Under the pieces are notes generated by a model. The model saw nothing but the letters and a program-made list of their open reading frames with translations, ran no database searches and was not told where the DNA came from. Shown piece after piece: positions 61,420-64,000 of a stretch of DNA of 64,000 nucleotides (positions within the stretch are counted from its first letter, which is position 1; each line of letters opens with the position of its first letter). The stretch lies in the NCBI GenBank assembly GCA_964234715.1, contig OZ174277.1. The stretch is one strand, 5' to 3'. A program made the position numbers and the translations under genes. Origin of the DNA: Podarcis melisellensis (Eukaryota).

Positions 61420-61838
61420 TTATTATTAATTAATTAATTTGTACACCACCTTCAGTCAAAAATCTCAGGGTGGTTCACAGCATAAAATTATAAAATAAAA
61501 ACACATAATACATAATAAAAATAAGAACGAAAACAAAACAAACCAATAGCATGCCCCCCCCCAAAAATATTTAAAAGGACACAGAATGTTAATCAACCAA
61601 AGACCTGGCTGAAGAGAAACATTTTTGCCTAAAGATGTACAATGAAGGTGACAGGCAAGCCTCCCTGGGGAGAGCATTCCACAAATGGGGAGCCACTGCA
61701 GAAAAGGCCAGTTCTCATGTTGCTATTCTCCAGACATCTCGTGGACAGGGCACACAAAGAAGGGCATCAGATGATAATTGCTAGGTCCAGGTTGGCTCAT
61801 ATAGGGAGGGGTGGTCCTTGTCGTATTGCAGTTATGAG
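61420..61838 (-). mobile_element. LINE (L2/CR1-group) 3' remnant
   Basis: Colinear with 7950-8611 minus the MITE. Confidence 0.65.
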
Positions 61839-63471
61839 AATTATGTCTGCTGACTTTGATGGCTGTCACCAGGCATCCTTCCTTATCATTAGATGATTGA
61901 ATATTTTGGGCATATGCATGGCAGATGGAAGAACCTGGATTTAGTTGGTAAATGCTGTCATTTAGGCACAGTACAGGCTCAACTATCTCAAGCCCTGTAA
62001 TCACCTGGTCCCTGCCCACCATCTAATGTTGTTGATTATTCAGCCAGTTATTGACTATAGGTAAACTACCTTTTCTAAGGAAGACTCTTCAATATTGTTG
62101 ATCACAGATATTGACTTTCTGGCAGTTGTGAGACTGCTCGAGTTATACAAGGGATACTGCCTCCTGAGCCAGACTCCTCAAAGGAATCAAGGGCTTCCAT
62201 TGCTAACAACCTGACAAATGGTGCTGGGACCATGCCAGATGGGACAAGTGAACTAGTGCTCCTTTGCACACTAGGAATATTTGGCCCTTAATCTTCTTTA
62301 GCCCAAGTGGGGTGGACCTTGGGGAAGGTGGACCGGAGGAAGCAAGGCCTTAGTTCACCTTCTGTCTTTGTCCTGCCTTGCTGCTGTGGGAATCTGGTAT
62401 GGACAGGTCAGAACAATTAGTTCTGATACATATACTTCTGCAATCAGAAGCCCAAACACCAAGCTGCTACCTCATTGAGAACTAGGATTCAGTATGCTTC
62501 CCTTGCATTCAGATGTACCTCCCCCCACCTTGAGCTGAATGTGAATGATCAGAAAGGAGTGTTCTGTCTTTGTGATTGTCAAGGTGATTATTAAAAAAAG
62601 AAGATGAACAGCACCAATTCCATTTCCAAATGAAAAGGAAATATACAAAAGAATGGGAACCAAGTTAAAAACATTGGCTCAAAATTCCCCTGTCCCTAGG
62701 AGATTATTTAGACAATTTTATGTATTTATTCCAGGTCTCAAACATATTAAGTCATAAATATTTTATCTTTCCTCCCCCCTCTCATTCCTCCTTTCCATTT
62801 CTCTTAGGACTCTAACCAATAAAAAAAAGGAATGCAAACATTGGTGACAGCAAAATTAAAGCTGAAAACAGAACCTTATTTTTTTTATTAAGCCATATAA
62901 CATGCCATGGCATGTGTCCCTACTCATACAAATCACATATCATGGTTTCTTGCTAGGCAGCAGGCCAATGGCAAATGCTATTAACCACCTAGGTGTGTGA
63001 TTATTACATGATAAGGCGTGGTACGCCCTTGAGCCTGCTGTCATACAGTAATTTATTGGCAGAAAGTGAGCAAATGTAAATATATTTCATGTAGTCAGTA
63101 AATATAAACATTATGCCTGCTCCTGCTTCTGTCTTTATTAGTCAATTAATAAGAAAAAGTATAATTAGGGAAAGCATAGGAGCATTGGGTTGGTATGGGG
63201 TGCTAAGTCTTCTCTAAATTGTGAAACATCATGGTTGGATCCCAGCCCTATTCCTTGTAGTGCAATTGTCAATACTCTTCAATAAAAGGGACAGGTTAAA
63301 CATCATATTACTACACAAGATGTTTGTGGTGTTGTCTTCAAGTTTAGATGCCTTTGATAAAAAAATTAGGAAAATTCATGGAAGTTGTCTGTTAATGGTC
63401 ATTAGCTATGATGGCATAATGGAACCTCTGTGTAAATGGGCAAAATTCCTCGGATTATTAGAAGCAAGATA

Positions 63472-63769
63472 CAGTGGTGACCCGCAAGACGAATGCCTCG
63501 CAAAACGAAAAACGCGCAAGATGAAAGGGTTTTTCGGTTTTTGCGTCGCTTCGCTAGACGAATTTCCCTATGGGCTTGCTTCGCAAGACGAAACGTCTTG
63601 CGAGTTCTTGTGAGTTTTTTTCCTTTTTCTTAAAGCCGCTAAGCCATTAATAGCCGCTAAGCCGCTAATAGCCGCTAAGCCGCTAATAGCCGTGCTTCGC
63701 AAGACGGAAAAAAACGCAAGACGAAGAGACTCGCGGAACGGATTAATTTCGTCTTACGAGGCACCACTG
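63472..63769. mobile_element. pogo/Tigger-like MITE, family C (CpG-rich, probably young)
   Basis: TA|CAGTGGTGACCCGCAAGACGAA ... TTCGTCTTACGAGGCACCACTG|TA; many internal CGCAAGACGAA-like repeats and tandem AGCCGCTAA(T) units. Confidence 0.85.
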
Positions 63770-64000
63770 TATAAATAAAACAGAAGATAAGCATCACTTT
63801 CACAGCATGCCCTGCTAGTGAGCTTCCAGAAGAAAATGCTGGACTAGTAGAACCTCCATTTTCTGCTGAGCCTGGCATATACATACATACTTTTAAAGAT
63901 CAGTGTCAGCTTGATGATCAAGAGATGATCAAGAGATCTACACAGCTCCATTTTTTTGTATTGAGGTAGAACTTTTCGATTCATTAATTAATGTTGCAAC

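Overview
Vertebrate, AT-rich, intron-dominated genomic DNA from a squamate reptile, most likely a lacertid lizard (inferred from two full-length Sauria-type SINEs and other lizard-type repeats). Two genes converge tail-to-tail. On the + strand lies the last coding exon of SMYD3 (18536-18637; too short for the ORF track), preceded by at least 18.5 kb of its last intron. On the - strand lie the last five coding exons of KIF26B (58256-58418, a 3406-nt giant exon 52059-55464, 37603-37802, 35930-36080, 34143-34291). They splice in frame with GT-AG ends and are followed by a 3' UTR rich in miRNA-seed and Pumilio sites. The rest is SINEs, LINE 3' remnants with AAT/ATT microsatellite tails, hAT MITEs, and at least four related TA-flanked pogo/Tigger-like MITE subfamilies. 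Almost all short ORFs in the track are spurious. I cannot demonstrate a new biological system here. The best leads are: the MITE subfamilies with shared termini but different repeated inner motifs; a ~63-bp-arm hairpin element and an inverted MITE pair in the SMYD3 last intron; a triple octamer cluster near the SMYD3 last exon; and the KIF26B UTR and phospho-degron architecture. Repeat family names come from recalled consensus features, not from a database search.
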